Part shown: piece after piece, positions 9,574-18,112 of the stretch | Position numbering within the stretch: the first letter of the stretch is position 1 | Layout: each line of letters opens with the position of its first letter | Source of the DNA: a virus | Taxonomy: Duplodnaviria > Heunggongvirae > Uroviricota > Caudoviricetes | IMG/VR virus record: IMGVR_UViG_3300033489_000001 | Location: 318,023-382,022 of that record | Direction: 5' to 3' (one strand) | DNA: 64,000 nt | The notes under the pieces: model-generated | Told to the model about the DNA's origin: nothing | Seen by the model: only the letters and a program-made list of their open reading frames with translations | Database searches by the model: none | Translations under genes and position numbers: made by a program

Positions 9574-9786
9574 ATGCAAATCCCCATTAACGTCATTGGC
9601 TATGAAGAAACCAGGAAAATCGCTGTTACCTATGATAAAGTGACTGGTAACGCTCTTGATTCCAAGCCGGTTCCTGACAGTGAACAAGCCCACCTTGATT
9701 TAGAACTTCCGTCCGGGCACGTTATACGAGCTGAAGTCCCTTATATTGATTTTTTAAGGCACATTGCGCCATTGATTACAGAATAG
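9574..9786 (+). CDS. hypothetical protein
   Basis: 70-aa ORF with protein-like composition and a GGTGTA motif upstream. Confidence 0.5.
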   Translation: MQIPINVIGYEETRKIAVTYDKVTGNALDSKPVPDSEQAHLDLELPSGHVIRAEVPYIDFLRHIAPLITE

Positions 9787-9952
9787 CTTGCTAGAAGTTG
9801 AGTCCCGAATAGCTACTTGATGGAGGTGTCCGTGGCTCCATTGATAAGCTTATCGGGGGCGGCGTAAGTTTTTTACCTACAAATCAACGCGATCCCTTTT
9901 GAAATCCTTGAATTTTTCCTCTCTCCGGTGTAGTAATAGATAAGGAGAGAAT

Positions 9953-12271
9953 ATGGAAAAATTCATTTTCATCATAACTTTAGTGATTCTTGGGGGTTGC
10001 GGAACGTCTAACCGTTTAGCTTCTCCTATAATAAATGAAGATGGAAGCACGCCGGACGAAGTTGTAACCGGTGACGCCTTTAATACATCAGATGGCGAAG
10101 TTTCCGAAGCGGCCGTCAACAAAGACGTAGAGGTTGTTGAAGCGGACCAGGATGCCGAGCCAAAAGATGCGGGCCAAGACTCAAGCTCCACGGATAGTCA
10201 AGTTTCTGACGCTGATGTAAAAGACGGCAGTCAAAATGTTGACAGCTCGGTCCAAGATTCAAGCTCCCTGGACGCTAATCAAGATTCAAGCTCCACGGAT
10301 GCTGGCCAAGACTCAACCACGCCGGACGCTAATCAAGATGCGGGTCAAGATGCCGCTCCAGTGTGCGTCCCGACCTGCTCGGGCCTTGTACCTCAGACTT
10401 GCAATGCTAACGGAAACCTCGTAAATGGCTCGCCTTGCCCTTATCTTTGTGCCGTTGGTTCTTGCATTGGCATTTGCACTCCTAATGATACTCAGTGCTC
10501 GGGCCTAAATTCGCAGACTTGTAACGCGGCCGGGCAATGGGTAACTAGCCAAACTTGCCCTTATACATGTTCGGGCGCTGGAGTTTGCAGTGGGAGTTGT
10601 GAAACCAATGCTACTCGATGTGACGGTAACAACTCTAAGACTTGTAACAGCTCGGGCCAATGGGAAACCACAGAAACTTGTCTTTACGTCTGTTCCGGGG
10701 CTGGAATTTGCTCAGGCTCATGTGTACCACAAACTACGCAATGCTCCGGTAATTACAATAATACCCCTCAGACGTGTGATGCTACCGGAAACTGGGTCTC
10801 AGGCACCACTTGTCCTTACGCTTGTATAAATGGGAGTTGTTACGGATCTTGTTTCTACGGAGCTACGCGCTGCTCGGGTAATGATTCTCAAACCTGTGGC
10901 TACGATATGCAATGGCATACCGATCATACATGCCCTTACGTTTGTAAAAATGGTGGGACTTGTTCCGGTAGTTGCGTTCCAGGGTCAAAACAGTGCAACG
11001 GAAACACCACTCAGACTTGTGACTCAACCGGTACTTGGCAGAATGTCTCAACTTGCCAGTTTATGTGCTCTAGCGGCTCTTGCACGGGCGTTTGCGTCCC
11101 CGGCAATACAATGTGCTCAGGGACTCAAATCCAGACTTGTAATGCCTCTGGGCAATGGAATACGGCTTCTAACTGTGCGGCGGTAGCCGGTGCCACTTCC
11201 TATTGCTCGAATGGGGCTTGTGAGTTCAACTGCAACCTCGATTACGATGACTGCGATGGCCTTCCCGGTAATGGTTGTGAGGTTAACCTAAATACGGACA
11301 AAGACAACTGCGGTCAATGCGAGCATAGTTGCTGCGGCGGGACTTGCGAGAATGGGAATTGTGGGATGTATGACACTGGGATTAATCCTGACAATACAGC
11401 CTATGATGTAGACTCAAACAACATTTACTGGTCTACGTCTACGGAACTCAACCAACGCCCACGTACCGGTGGTTCAACCACTGTGTTGGAAACAAATCAG
11501 CCTACAATCAAAGGTGTCACGGTGTCCGGGTCCAATGTGATTTGGAGTTGTGTAGGAACGAACCAAATCAATGGCGGCATCTTTTCTGAGCCAGTTGGCG
11601 GCGGAACGATGACCACTTATACTACGGAAGGTGACAAAGACTATATAACTGCTACAGCTAACGATATCTTCTATACGAGAGCCGACAAAGCAAGTGTTGA
11701 GTACGTTTCAAGGACGAGTAACTCTACGGGTGTGCTCCTTGGTAACACGCTTCCGGATGGCACTCCGGCTAACTTGACCTATGCCATTCCGTTTGTCTCG
11801 GACGGAACATACCTTTACACGAGTTATTCTAGCTATCCGACCGGCCAAAAGCCTATCGTGAAAGTTCCGGTGCATGGCGGCCAGATTACGACTTTTGCTA
11901 CTCCTACGACGCCGGGCTACTATCCTAATGGCCTCTCAATTGATAGCATCAATCTATACTATGTCCTTATCACTATCAATGGCTCAACAACTACTATGAC
12001 AGTTCAAAAACAACCTCTTGCCGGTGGCCCTGCTTCTTCCTTGACCCCGTCCAACTCGCAACTTGGAATATCTACAGCCACCGATGGAACTAATGTCTAC
12101 TATAGCACAAATAAGGCCATTCTAAAAGTTTCCACTAGTGGTAATACCCCTATTACGATTGCCACACTAAGCAGCACTACAACTATAAAAAACATCAAAG
12201 TCTCGAATCAATGTGTGTATTGGTATAACAGCTCGACCAGCACAATCCAAGCGGTAGCTGTCAATCCTTGA
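9953..12271 (+). CDS. Cys-rich repeat lipoprotein with C-terminal beta-propeller-like domain (myxobacterial style)
   Basis: RBS AAGGAG; lipobox LGGC; D/S-rich linker; ~42-aa C..CSG..QTC...G.W.....C repeats; DCDG...NGCE...D..NCG.C motif; D...(I/V)Y(W/Y) propeller blades. Confidence 0.8.
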   Translation: MEKFIFIITLVILGGCGTSNRLASPIINEDGSTPDEVVTGDAFNTSDGEVSEAAVNKDVEVVEADQDAEPKDAGQDSSSTDSQVSDADVKDGSQNVDSSVQDSSSLDANQDSSSTDAGQDSTTPDANQDAGQDAAPVCVPTCSGLVPQTCNANGNLVNGSPCPYLCAVGSCIGICTPNDTQCSGLNSQTCNAAGQWVTSQTCPYTCSGAGVCSGSCETNATRCDGNNSKTCNSSGQWETTETCLYVCSGAGICSGSCVPQTTQCSGNYNNTPQTCDATGNWVSGTTCPYACINGSCYGSCFYGATRCSGNDSQTCGYDMQWHTDHTCPYVCKNGGTCSGSCVPGSKQCNGNTTQTCDSTGTWQNVSTCQFMCSSGSCTGVCVPGNTMCSGTQIQTCNASGQWNTASNCAAVAGATSYCSNGACEFNCNLDYDDCDGLPGNGCEVNLNTDKDNCGQCEHSCCGGTCENGNCGMYDTGINPDNTAYDVDSNNIYWSTSTELNQRPRTGGSTTVLETNQPTIKGVTVSGSNVIWSCVGTNQINGGIFSEPVGGGTMTTYTTEGDKDYITATANDIFYTRADKASVEYVSRTSNSTGVLLGNTLPDGTPANLTYAIPFVSDGTYLYTSYSSYPTGQKPIVKVPVHGGQITTFATPTTPGYYPNGLSIDSINLYYVLITINGSTTTMTVQKQPLAGGPASSLTPSNSQLGISTATDGTNVYYSTNKAILKVSTSGNTPITIATLSSTTTIKNIKVSNQCVYWYNSSTSTIQAVAVNP
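10176..10359 (+). repeat. 27-bp coding tandem repeat (QDSSxxDAx)
   Basis: CAAGA(T/C)TCAAGCTCC units recur at 27-nt spacing. Confidence 0.7.
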
Positions 12272-13283
12272 CGTTAGGGACGCTAATTGAAAGCACATCG
12301 GGGATTTCAGCGAACTGTGGTATCTCTTGATCTAAGCGTTTCATGAAAACTTTCCAATTAGGTGCGTACTTCATAATCAACACTACTTTATCAAGATGAT
12401 GCCGCAGCCTTGATTGACCTGTGGTATCTGTTAGGCGCTGAAAAAGTCGATGTACTAAATTTCCTGATTCATCTCGAGGGGTCAGGCGACGAAGCTCAGC
12501 GAGGACTCCAGGTGCTAGCCGTTTGTAAACAATATTATTGGTCCAATGACCTATTACTTGTGGTTTCCCGTTTGAGGAATCGTTGTATTCCCAATTGTTT
12601 AAACGATAAATTTGCTGATAGAACTCCGGAGGAAATGTTCTAATCCAAGGGCGAAGTTCTTTAGCCACAAACGCCTCCAAAATTACAGTAAGTTCGTCAC
12701 GAGGTCGAAATTTTTGATAACCTGTGGCCTCATCAACTAAAGCAATAATGCCAACCGTAGCAAAACCATGTTGTAGTATCCGGCATCGTTCGGCAAGATG
12801 CTTTTGTTGGGATGCTAGCTTGCCCCTCATTCCCGCCTCGATAATGACATTACATATATCGGGGAGTATTGTTGCTTCATACCCATAAGCAATCTGCCCA
12901 TGAGGCGGAATAAATCTAATGGGAGAATCGCCGCGCGAATCTAAGTCTTTGATATCTATTCCTTTTTTACTCAAACGACCCATTAAAGTGACAACTCTCC
13001 GCGCACCCTTTTCACCACCACTGGTTGAAAGCCCAATCCCTACCTGAAGCCCTCTTTGAGAAAGCACTCGACGACCGTCCTCAAGGACATAGCAGGGGAT
13101 CTCAATAGTCCCTATGCGTAGGGGTCGATCAGGGGCTCCATATTTTGCTATCGCAGGGGGTTCCTTACCACTCCCAACCCATCGAGTTAGAGCGGCTTTG
13201 CTGGCAATTTCTGCTCGTCTCTCTGGTGTGAGATTACGGGCACGAGCTAAACCTCCAGATGATTTTTCAGCTATTGTAGGCAT
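12261..13283 (-). CDS. P63C-domain protein
   Basis: GGLARARNLTPERRAEIASKAALTRW N-terminus; IPCYVLEDGRRVLS; GIIALVDEATGYQ; W.RTFP.EFY; IVY.RLAPGVL.EL. Confidence 0.85.
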   Translation of the reverse strand: MPTIAEKSSGGLARARNLTPERRAEIASKAALTRWVGSGKEPPAIAKYGAPDRPLRIGTIEIPCYVLEDGRRVLSQRGLQVGIGLSTSGGEKGARRVVTLMGRLSKKGIDIKDLDSRGDSPIRFIPPHGQIAYGYEATILPDICNVIIEAGMRGKLASQQKHLAERCRILQHGFATVGIIALVDEATGYQKFRPRDELTVILEAFVAKELRPWIRTFPPEFYQQIYRLNNWEYNDSSNGKPQVIGHWTNNIVYKRLAPGVLAELRRLTPRDESGNLVHRLFQRLTDTTGQSRLRHHLDKVVLIMKYAPNWKVFMKRLDQEIPQFAEIPDVLSISVPNVKD

Positions 13284-13383
13284 ATATTCTCCTCCTTAGT
13301 TGTAGAGAAAACATGTATACAACATGCTTTGAGAGAAGGCAACAAAAAAAATGCTTACTTTGAGGGAAAGCAAGATAAATTAT

Positions 13384-13411
13384 TTGACAGATACCTTTCT
13401 GATGGTAAAAT
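13384..13411 (+). promoter_or_regulatory. sigma70-type promoter
   Basis: TTGACA-16 bp-TAAAAT with extended TGn; ATG 9 nt downstream. Confidence 0.7.
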
Positions 13412-13419
13412 GAGGTAAA

Positions 13420-13629
13420 ATGAAAGACTTCCCGCTTGAACAATGGTTTGATTTAACTAAGAAAATCAGTAAAGACGATGTAACTGACTGCTTATCTCAA
13501 ATGATGCTTTATGCTTACAAAGATGGTTCAAAGCTTAAGGGTAAAGAATGGCAAGAGACTAAAAGAGAATTACGTCAAGCAGTCAAGATCCATAACTGTT
13601 CTTTGTACCTTAAAAATCATAACTCATGA
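13420..13629 (+). CDS. hypothetical protein
   Basis: Follows a strong promoter; ATGA overlap with the next gene. Confidence 0.6.
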   Translation: MKDFPLEQWFDLTKKISKDDVTDCLSQMMLYAYKDGSKLKGKEWQETKRELRQAVKIHNCSLYLKNHNS

Positions 13630-14207
13630 AACAACCCAACAAACTTACGGCTCAACAAGTGGCTGAACGCTTCCAAAAACAAGCCATGCCCACAATCTTC
13701 TACCGGCTTACGGAAGAGATTTGCTGGGGGTTCTTTTCAGATGAACATCAACGAATGCATCTTCAAACCGTAGACTTAGAACATAAGACCAACAAGACCA
13801 AGATCCATGTATGGCTTGAAAATCTAGGCACACGCATATTTGAAGTTGCTCAATGCCCGAACGATCCTAAGTGCAAACAAGCGGTAAAAGACCTTCGGCA
13901 TAAACTCACTACAGAACGAGATGAAGTTGAAATTAAATGGACCGATCTAATGATCGAAAAGAACTGGATCAAAGCTGATTTACAAGGGAACCTTGTAGTA
14001 GTTACAGCCTACCCAAGGAGCAATACTAAGTTCACACGAACCGTGGACTTATGGCAAGAAGCTCCGGGCATGATGACGGACATAAAGCCAGGTGATCTCA
14101 AACAAAAAAATGTAAAGATTAAACGAGATATGGGGTCTTTGTCTGTGAGCGCTCTAGGTAGAGAGTTTGTAGATATCCGTTTAGATCATTTACTGTGGAT
14201 AGACTAA
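13626..14207 (+). CDS. DUF4160-related protein with N-terminal leader peptide
   Basis: MPTIF...FFSDEHQRMHLQ resembles the DUF4160 (E/D)H.P.H.H pattern; paralog of 14816-15310. Confidence 0.5.
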   Translation: MKQPNKLTAQQVAERFQKQAMPTIFYRLTEEICWGFFSDEHQRMHLQTVDLEHKTNKTKIHVWLENLGTRIFEVAQCPNDPKCKQAVKDLRHKLTTERDEVEIKWTDLMIEKNWIKADLQGNLVVVTAYPRSNTKFTRTVDLWQEAPGMMTDIKPGDLKQKNVKIKRDMGSLSVSALGREFVDIRLDHLLWID

Positions 14208-14224
14208 GTGGAAATGCCTACCAC

Positions 14225-14797
14225 ATGAAGCAATCTAACAAAATCGTCGCTAAATCTCTACTACGAATCATCGATGCTAAACCTTTAAAAGGCTTTGTAG
14301 TAGAGGCTCACCTTACAGATGGATCTATTCGAACTATAGACGTTACCTCTCTTCTTCAAGGTTATGGCCCTTTGCTCAAAGAGGTGCGCGAAAATCAAAA
14401 ACTATTTCGCCAAGTAAAAGCTGACCACGGAACCTTGACCTGGCCTAACGGCTTAGATTTCTGTCCGGACGTACTTCTAGAAACTAAAGTATTTCTTCAA
14501 GCTCGCCGAGTTTTAGCAAAATATTTCAAACAAGCTGCACCCCTTATTTGCAAATTTGAAGGGGCATCTGTTTATATCAATTCTGGGGATCACCCTCCAT
14601 TGCACGTTCATGTTAAAAAAGCTGAAGCTGATGCTTCGGTGGAAATCCTTACAGGAAAAATCATTGCCGGATCATTGCCGGTCTCACTAGAAAAAACGGC
14701 TAAAAGATGGCTGAAAAAACAACAGGCAGCCGTCCTAAGAGCCTATGCTCAAGTTCAGGCTGGACAATTACCTGATAAGGTACCGCCTCCAGATTAG
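14225..14797 (+). CDS. DUF2442-DUF4160 fusion (toxin-antitoxin-like); start probably MKQSNK at 14225
   Basis: N-half: TDGSIRTIDV...FRQVK..HGTLTWPNGLDFCPDVL (DUF2442). C-half: PLICKFEG...DHPPLHVHVK...I.TG.IIAG.LP...W (DUF4160). Confidence 0.8.
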   Translation: MKQSNKIVAKSLLRIIDAKPLKGFVVEAHLTDGSIRTIDVTSLLQGYGPLLKEVRENQKLFRQVKADHGTLTWPNGLDFCPDVLLETKVFLQARRVLAKYFKQAAPLICKFEGASVYINSGDHPPLHVHVKKAEADASVEILTGKIIAGSLPVSLEKTAKRWLKKQQAAVLRAYAQVQAGQLPDKVPPPD

Positions 14798-14815
14798 GCA
14801 AAAAACGAAATTAAA

Positions 14816-15310
14816 ATGATAATAAAGGACATTCCTAAAGGGCATAGTTGGGTCTTTATCACGTGTGGAAAAGATCAAAGAATGTGTCTTCAAAAAATTC
14901 CTCTTTATTCCAAGATTAAAGTCTGGCTTGAGGATTCTCACGGAAGACGAATTTTTAAGCCTGAAGGAAAGATATTGGCTAAAGTCTTGAAGGCTATTCA
15001 AGCTAAAGTAACTGCCGATCATCGAAAGATTGAGAGTGAATGGGTCAGAGTTATGATAGGTAAAGGCTGGCTTAAATTAAAATTAGAAGGCAGAGGGGTT
15101 AGAAGAAAAGCCATCTTGATAGCTTATCCTGATTCAGATCATTCTTTCAAACGTACCATAGAGTTGTCGGAATGGGGACCGCCTGAGACCTACGCAACTC
15201 GGCATGATGTAAAACTAGATATTGAAAATGCGGCGCTTATCTTAGATGCACAAAGAAGTGAGGATCGACAAATCTATCTAAGTCTGCCTAAAATCTTGTG
15301 GGTTGAGTAA
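14816..15310 (+). CDS. paralog of 13626-14207
   Basis: Shared QRM.LQ, KI.VWLE..G.RIF, E..W...MI.K.W.K..L.G, AYP....F.RT..L and terminal LW.(D/E). Confidence 0.7.
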   Translation: MIIKDIPKGHSWVFITCGKDQRMCLQKIPLYSKIKVWLEDSHGRRIFKPEGKILAKVLKAIQAKVTADHRKIESEWVRVMIGKGWLKLKLEGRGVRRKAILIAYPDSDHSFKRTIELSEWGPPETYATRHDVKLDIENAALILDAQRSEDRQIYLSLPKILWVE

Positions 15311-15341
15311 ACAGCACGGTTCAAGCGGTAGCGGTCAATCC

Positions 15342-15369
15342 TTGACCGGTATTTTCCCGATGGTAAGCT
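15342..15369 (+). promoter_or_regulatory. sigma70-type promoter
   Basis: TTGACC-16 bp-TAAGCT with TGn; spacer ends in GATGG as at 13384. Confidence 0.55.
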
Positions 15370-15372
15370 AAA

Positions 15373-15747
15373 ATGATTATGCCAAAGAAACCTACAGCCC
15401 AACAAGTTACCGCTCGATTCCAACTAGAAGCTATGGCTAGCCTGCGGCCTCAGACAACCGGAATTGAAGGAGCTGTTGTTTGGGTATCAGTCGGTGAGTT
15501 TGCCGGTTCTGAAGCACAACACGGGCCGAGAATCAAAGTTGTAGTGGGTAGCAAACTCACGTCCGAAAGCCTAAAAAATTCCGTAACCGTAACTCTCACA
15601 AAACCTCCAAAATTAATCGGGACGTTACCGGGAAAAATCAAAAAACAAATTTTAGAATTTGTAGAAAAAAATCGTGAAGCTTTGCTCCAACACTGGAATG
15701 CCGAAATCGATTCTATAGAGCTAGGTAGACAATTGAAAAAAGTATAA
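15373..15747 (+). CDS. DUF4160-like phage protein with leader peptide
   Basis: MASLRPQTTG...VWVS...HGPRIKV...FVEKNREALLQHWN, similar to the DUF4160 C-terminal N...L...W pattern. Confidence 0.6.
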   Translation: MIMPKKPTAQQVTARFQLEAMASLRPQTTGIEGAVVWVSVGEFAGSEAQHGPRIKVVVGSKLTSESLKNSVTVTLTKPPKLIGTLPGKIKKQILEFVEKNREALLQHWNAEIDSIELGRQLKKV

Positions 15748-15809
15748 AGCAACAGCTCAACCAGCACTATCCAAGCCGTGGCTGTGAGTCCATAACTCTA
15801 ACTTCCCCG

Positions 15810-15841
15810 AAAAGGTCAGGGATTAAGTCCTTGACCTTTTT
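15810..15841. terminator. bidirectional intrinsic terminator
   Basis: AAAAGGTCAGGGA-TTAAG-TCCTTGACCTTTTT hairpin with A and T tracts. Confidence 0.7.
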
Positions 15842-15866
15842 ACTTTTAACCAATGGAACACTGACT

Positions 15867-16300
15867 GTGCCTACTTTTCGCGAGATAAATGCTATAAACA
15901 TATTTGGTAGACTTGTTACGGTTTTAGAGATTCTAGATGATAATCATCAACCGGTTGGTGACGCTGAATTGAGCTTTGACGACTCAAAAATTGCTGTACT
16001 TGAAGATTTTTATATACGCCGGGCTCATCGTGGAAAACCCCATAATTACGGCAGAGCACTTCTAAAGGAGATCCTCGGGAGGGTTCAACGTCAAGGGGCA
16101 ACTATTTTACGTTGTCATCCCCGCACTTATGAACGGCGTTATGATGAACGGCGTGGTGCCCCCAAATTTTTAATTGTACTAAGAAAATGCCAGAAGCTAA
16201 ATTAATAGAATGGTATGCATCTCAAGGTTTCAGAGAAATTGATCAGGACTCAGATGAATTTCAGCAACATTGTTTAAGACTCTGCATAGCGTTAAGATGA
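15867..16300 (+). pseudogene. frameshifted GNAT acetyltransferase, paralog of 17163-17600
   Basis: ILDDNHQPVG.AELS and RAHRG..YG..LL are shared; the C-terminus PEAKLIEWYASQGF continues in the -1 frame after ~16170. Confidence 0.8.
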
Positions 16301-16314
16301 TGAGAGCAACTTAG

Positions 16315-16833
16315 TTACGCAACCATTTTTCCAGTAAAGAACTCGAATTTGGTTGGTAACTGTCTAATACAATCATTAAAATCATTAGTAGCGAACGTCG
16401 CCCGTTCTAAACACGGCTCTAGAGGAACGTTTGAACAACCTAAACCCATATCCCCCATCTGCCGTTGAAACCACCCATAGAAGCGCAAACCTTCTAAAAT
16501 ACCAAGCTTGTCAGCATACTTGGTCAGCCTCTTCATTTGATCCTCAATAGGGGCACACCAACCCTTCAATCTCTCTGGACCATCTGGGGTTTTTTCAAAC
16601 CCATCGAATTTAAACATGGGGAAATTGAACTCAGTTTTAGTTGGCGTCTCTATTAATTTTATTTCATTATTGGTGAAGCCTGAGGCCAAAACCAAGCCGA
16701 TCTCTGTGGCCTTAAAAAATGGGCGGCCATCACGTATCCACCGCCAACTTATTGGGATAGTATCAATAGTTGAAATTGCCTTAATCGTGTAAGTTTCAGG
16801 TTCTGCTTTAATTGGATTTGAACTTTGTTGCAT
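16315..16833 (-). CDS. hypothetical protein, paralog of 17578-18111
   Basis: Shared IPISW.W, ATE..LVLASG...NEIKLIE, LRFYG.F.R.MG.M.LGCSN.PL. Confidence 0.75.
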   Translation of the reverse strand: MQQSSNPIKAEPETYTIKAISTIDTIPISWRWIRDGRPFFKATEIGLVLASGFTNNEIKLIETPTKTEFNFPMFKFDGFEKTPDGPERLKGWCAPIEDQMKRLTKYADKLGILEGLRFYGWFQRQMGDMGLGCSNVPLEPCLERATFATNDFNDCIRQLPTKFEFFTGKMVA

Positions 16834-16899
16834 AGATGCCTCTTACACCAGCAAACATAGAAAAAGATCCTCTCGGTATTCATTCCGTGTACTCGACCG

Positions 16900-17082
16900 G
16901 TGAAAAGAACTAGAGGGAGGTTTTAGCTCCCTCTAGAAAATACCAAGGAGAGTTGACCCCCATCGTAGTCCAGTTTCAATTACAGAGGGATTTTTTTAGC
17001 TCCCTCTAGCCTTGCGAATTTGTCGTGCATTAGCATCGCCGTAGTGTTTCAATTACAGAAGGAGTTCTAGTTCCCTCTACAG
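16900..17082 (-). CRISPR. CRISPR mini-array: 3 divergent 37-bp repeats and 2 x 36-bp spacers, no cas in window
   Basis: Repeats at 17046-17082, 16973-17009 and 16900-16936 (exact 73-bp period); minus-strand repeat CTAGAGGGAGCTAAAAAAATCCCTCTGTAATTGAAAC; last repeat degenerate at its 3' end. Confidence 0.8.
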
Positions 17083-17128
17083 AGAGCTTACTTTTTAATT
17101 GCAACAACGGCAACAACTTAAATGATGA

Positions 17129-17156
17129 TTGACCTAAAATTATTAGGCTTTACATT
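17129..17156 (+). promoter_or_regulatory. sigma70-type promoter, probably leaderless GNAT transcript
   Basis: TTGACC-16 bp-TACATT, ATG 7 nt downstream. Confidence 0.55.
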
Positions 17157-17162
17157 TGGCCT

Positions 17163-17600
17163 ATGCCTTCTTTCCTTATAGAAGAGGTAAAAAAATCTGG
17201 TAGGCTTGTTGCTAGCATAAAAATCCTGGATGATAACCACCAACCAGTGGGCAATGCGGAATTGAGTCTTATCAACCCAAATACTGCCAGGCTTGATGAT
17301 ATTTACATATACCGGGCTCATCGCGGAAATAGCTATGGCGTTGAACTTCTAAAGAAGACTCTTGAAGAAGCAAGACGGCAGGGAGCTACTATTTTACGTT
17401 GTCACCCAAGCCCCTACGAATATGGACCTAATGAGTTGAAGGATAAAAGAACACTCCCTAGTCGCACGCCACAAGCCAAGTTAATAACGTGGTACGTGGC
17501 TCAAGGATTTAAAGAGCTTAACCTTAAACTAGAACAAGATCGTGATGAATTTGAACGATATTCTTGCAAACTTTACATTATGCTGAACTCGACCACTTGA
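17163..17600 (+). CDS. GNAT-family acetyltransferase
   Basis: LDDIYIYRAHRGNSYGVELL acetyl-CoA motif A; WYVAQGF. Confidence 0.85.
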   Translation: MPSFLIEEVKKSGRLVASIKILDDNHQPVGNAELSLINPNTARLDDIYIYRAHRGNSYGVELLKKTLEEARRQGATILRCHPSPYEYGPNELKDKRTLPSRTPQAKLITWYVAQGFKELNLKLEQDRDEFERYSCKLYIMLNSTT

Positions 17601-18111
17601 AGCTTTTTGGCAGCTTTTCTACAAACTCAAATGAGTCAAAGGTGAGCGGATTGGAACCTAAAGGAATATTTGAACAGCCTAAACTCATAAGCCCCATATG
17701 ACGCGCAAAAACCCCGTAAAACCGTAAACTTTCAAACATACCCAACCTAATTGCATATTGCACTAAGGTTTTCACCCGATCCTCAATAGCGTGCCAGGCT
17801 TCGGATTCTTCTATATCTGCTTTGGGTAACCAGGTTCCAGATTTCTCCACGCCCTCCTTAAATAATTCCGTTTCAAACATAGAGAGTCTAACCTCTTTTT
17901 GGACTTGGCCTTCGATTAGTTTTATTTCGTTACTAGCATATCCTGAAGCCAAAACGAGGTTATTTTCTGTCGCGCTAAAGACAGGAAAACCATTGGTCAT
18001 CCACCACCAACTTATTGGGATAATTATAGGGTCAGGAATGACATTTAGATATTCACTCATAGAGGCAAGAGAAACAGATCCCTTAGAATAAAGTTCTGTG
18101 TTCGTATCCAT
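17578..18111 (-). CDS. hypothetical protein, paralog of 16315-16833 (start MDTNTE at 18111)
   Basis: Paralogy; ATG immediately after the upstream stop. Confidence 0.7.
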   Translation of the reverse strand: MDTNTELYSKGSVSLASMSEYLNVIPDPIIIPISWWWMTNGFPVFSATENNLVLASGYASNEIKLIEGQVQKEVRLSMFETELFKEGVEKSGTWLPKADIEESEAWHAIEDRVKTLVQYAIRLGMFESLRFYGVFARHMGLMSLGCSNIPLGSNPLTFDSFEFVEKLPKSFKWSSSA

Positions 18112-18112
18112 T

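Noticed and set aside
13320-13375. Imperfect repeat TGCTT..TGAG.GAA.GCA between divergent genes
   Set aside because: Possible operator, but only two loose copies
15831-15866. TTG start of the first GNAT ORF
   Set aside because: Lies in a terminator hairpin; paralog alignment supports GTG at 15867
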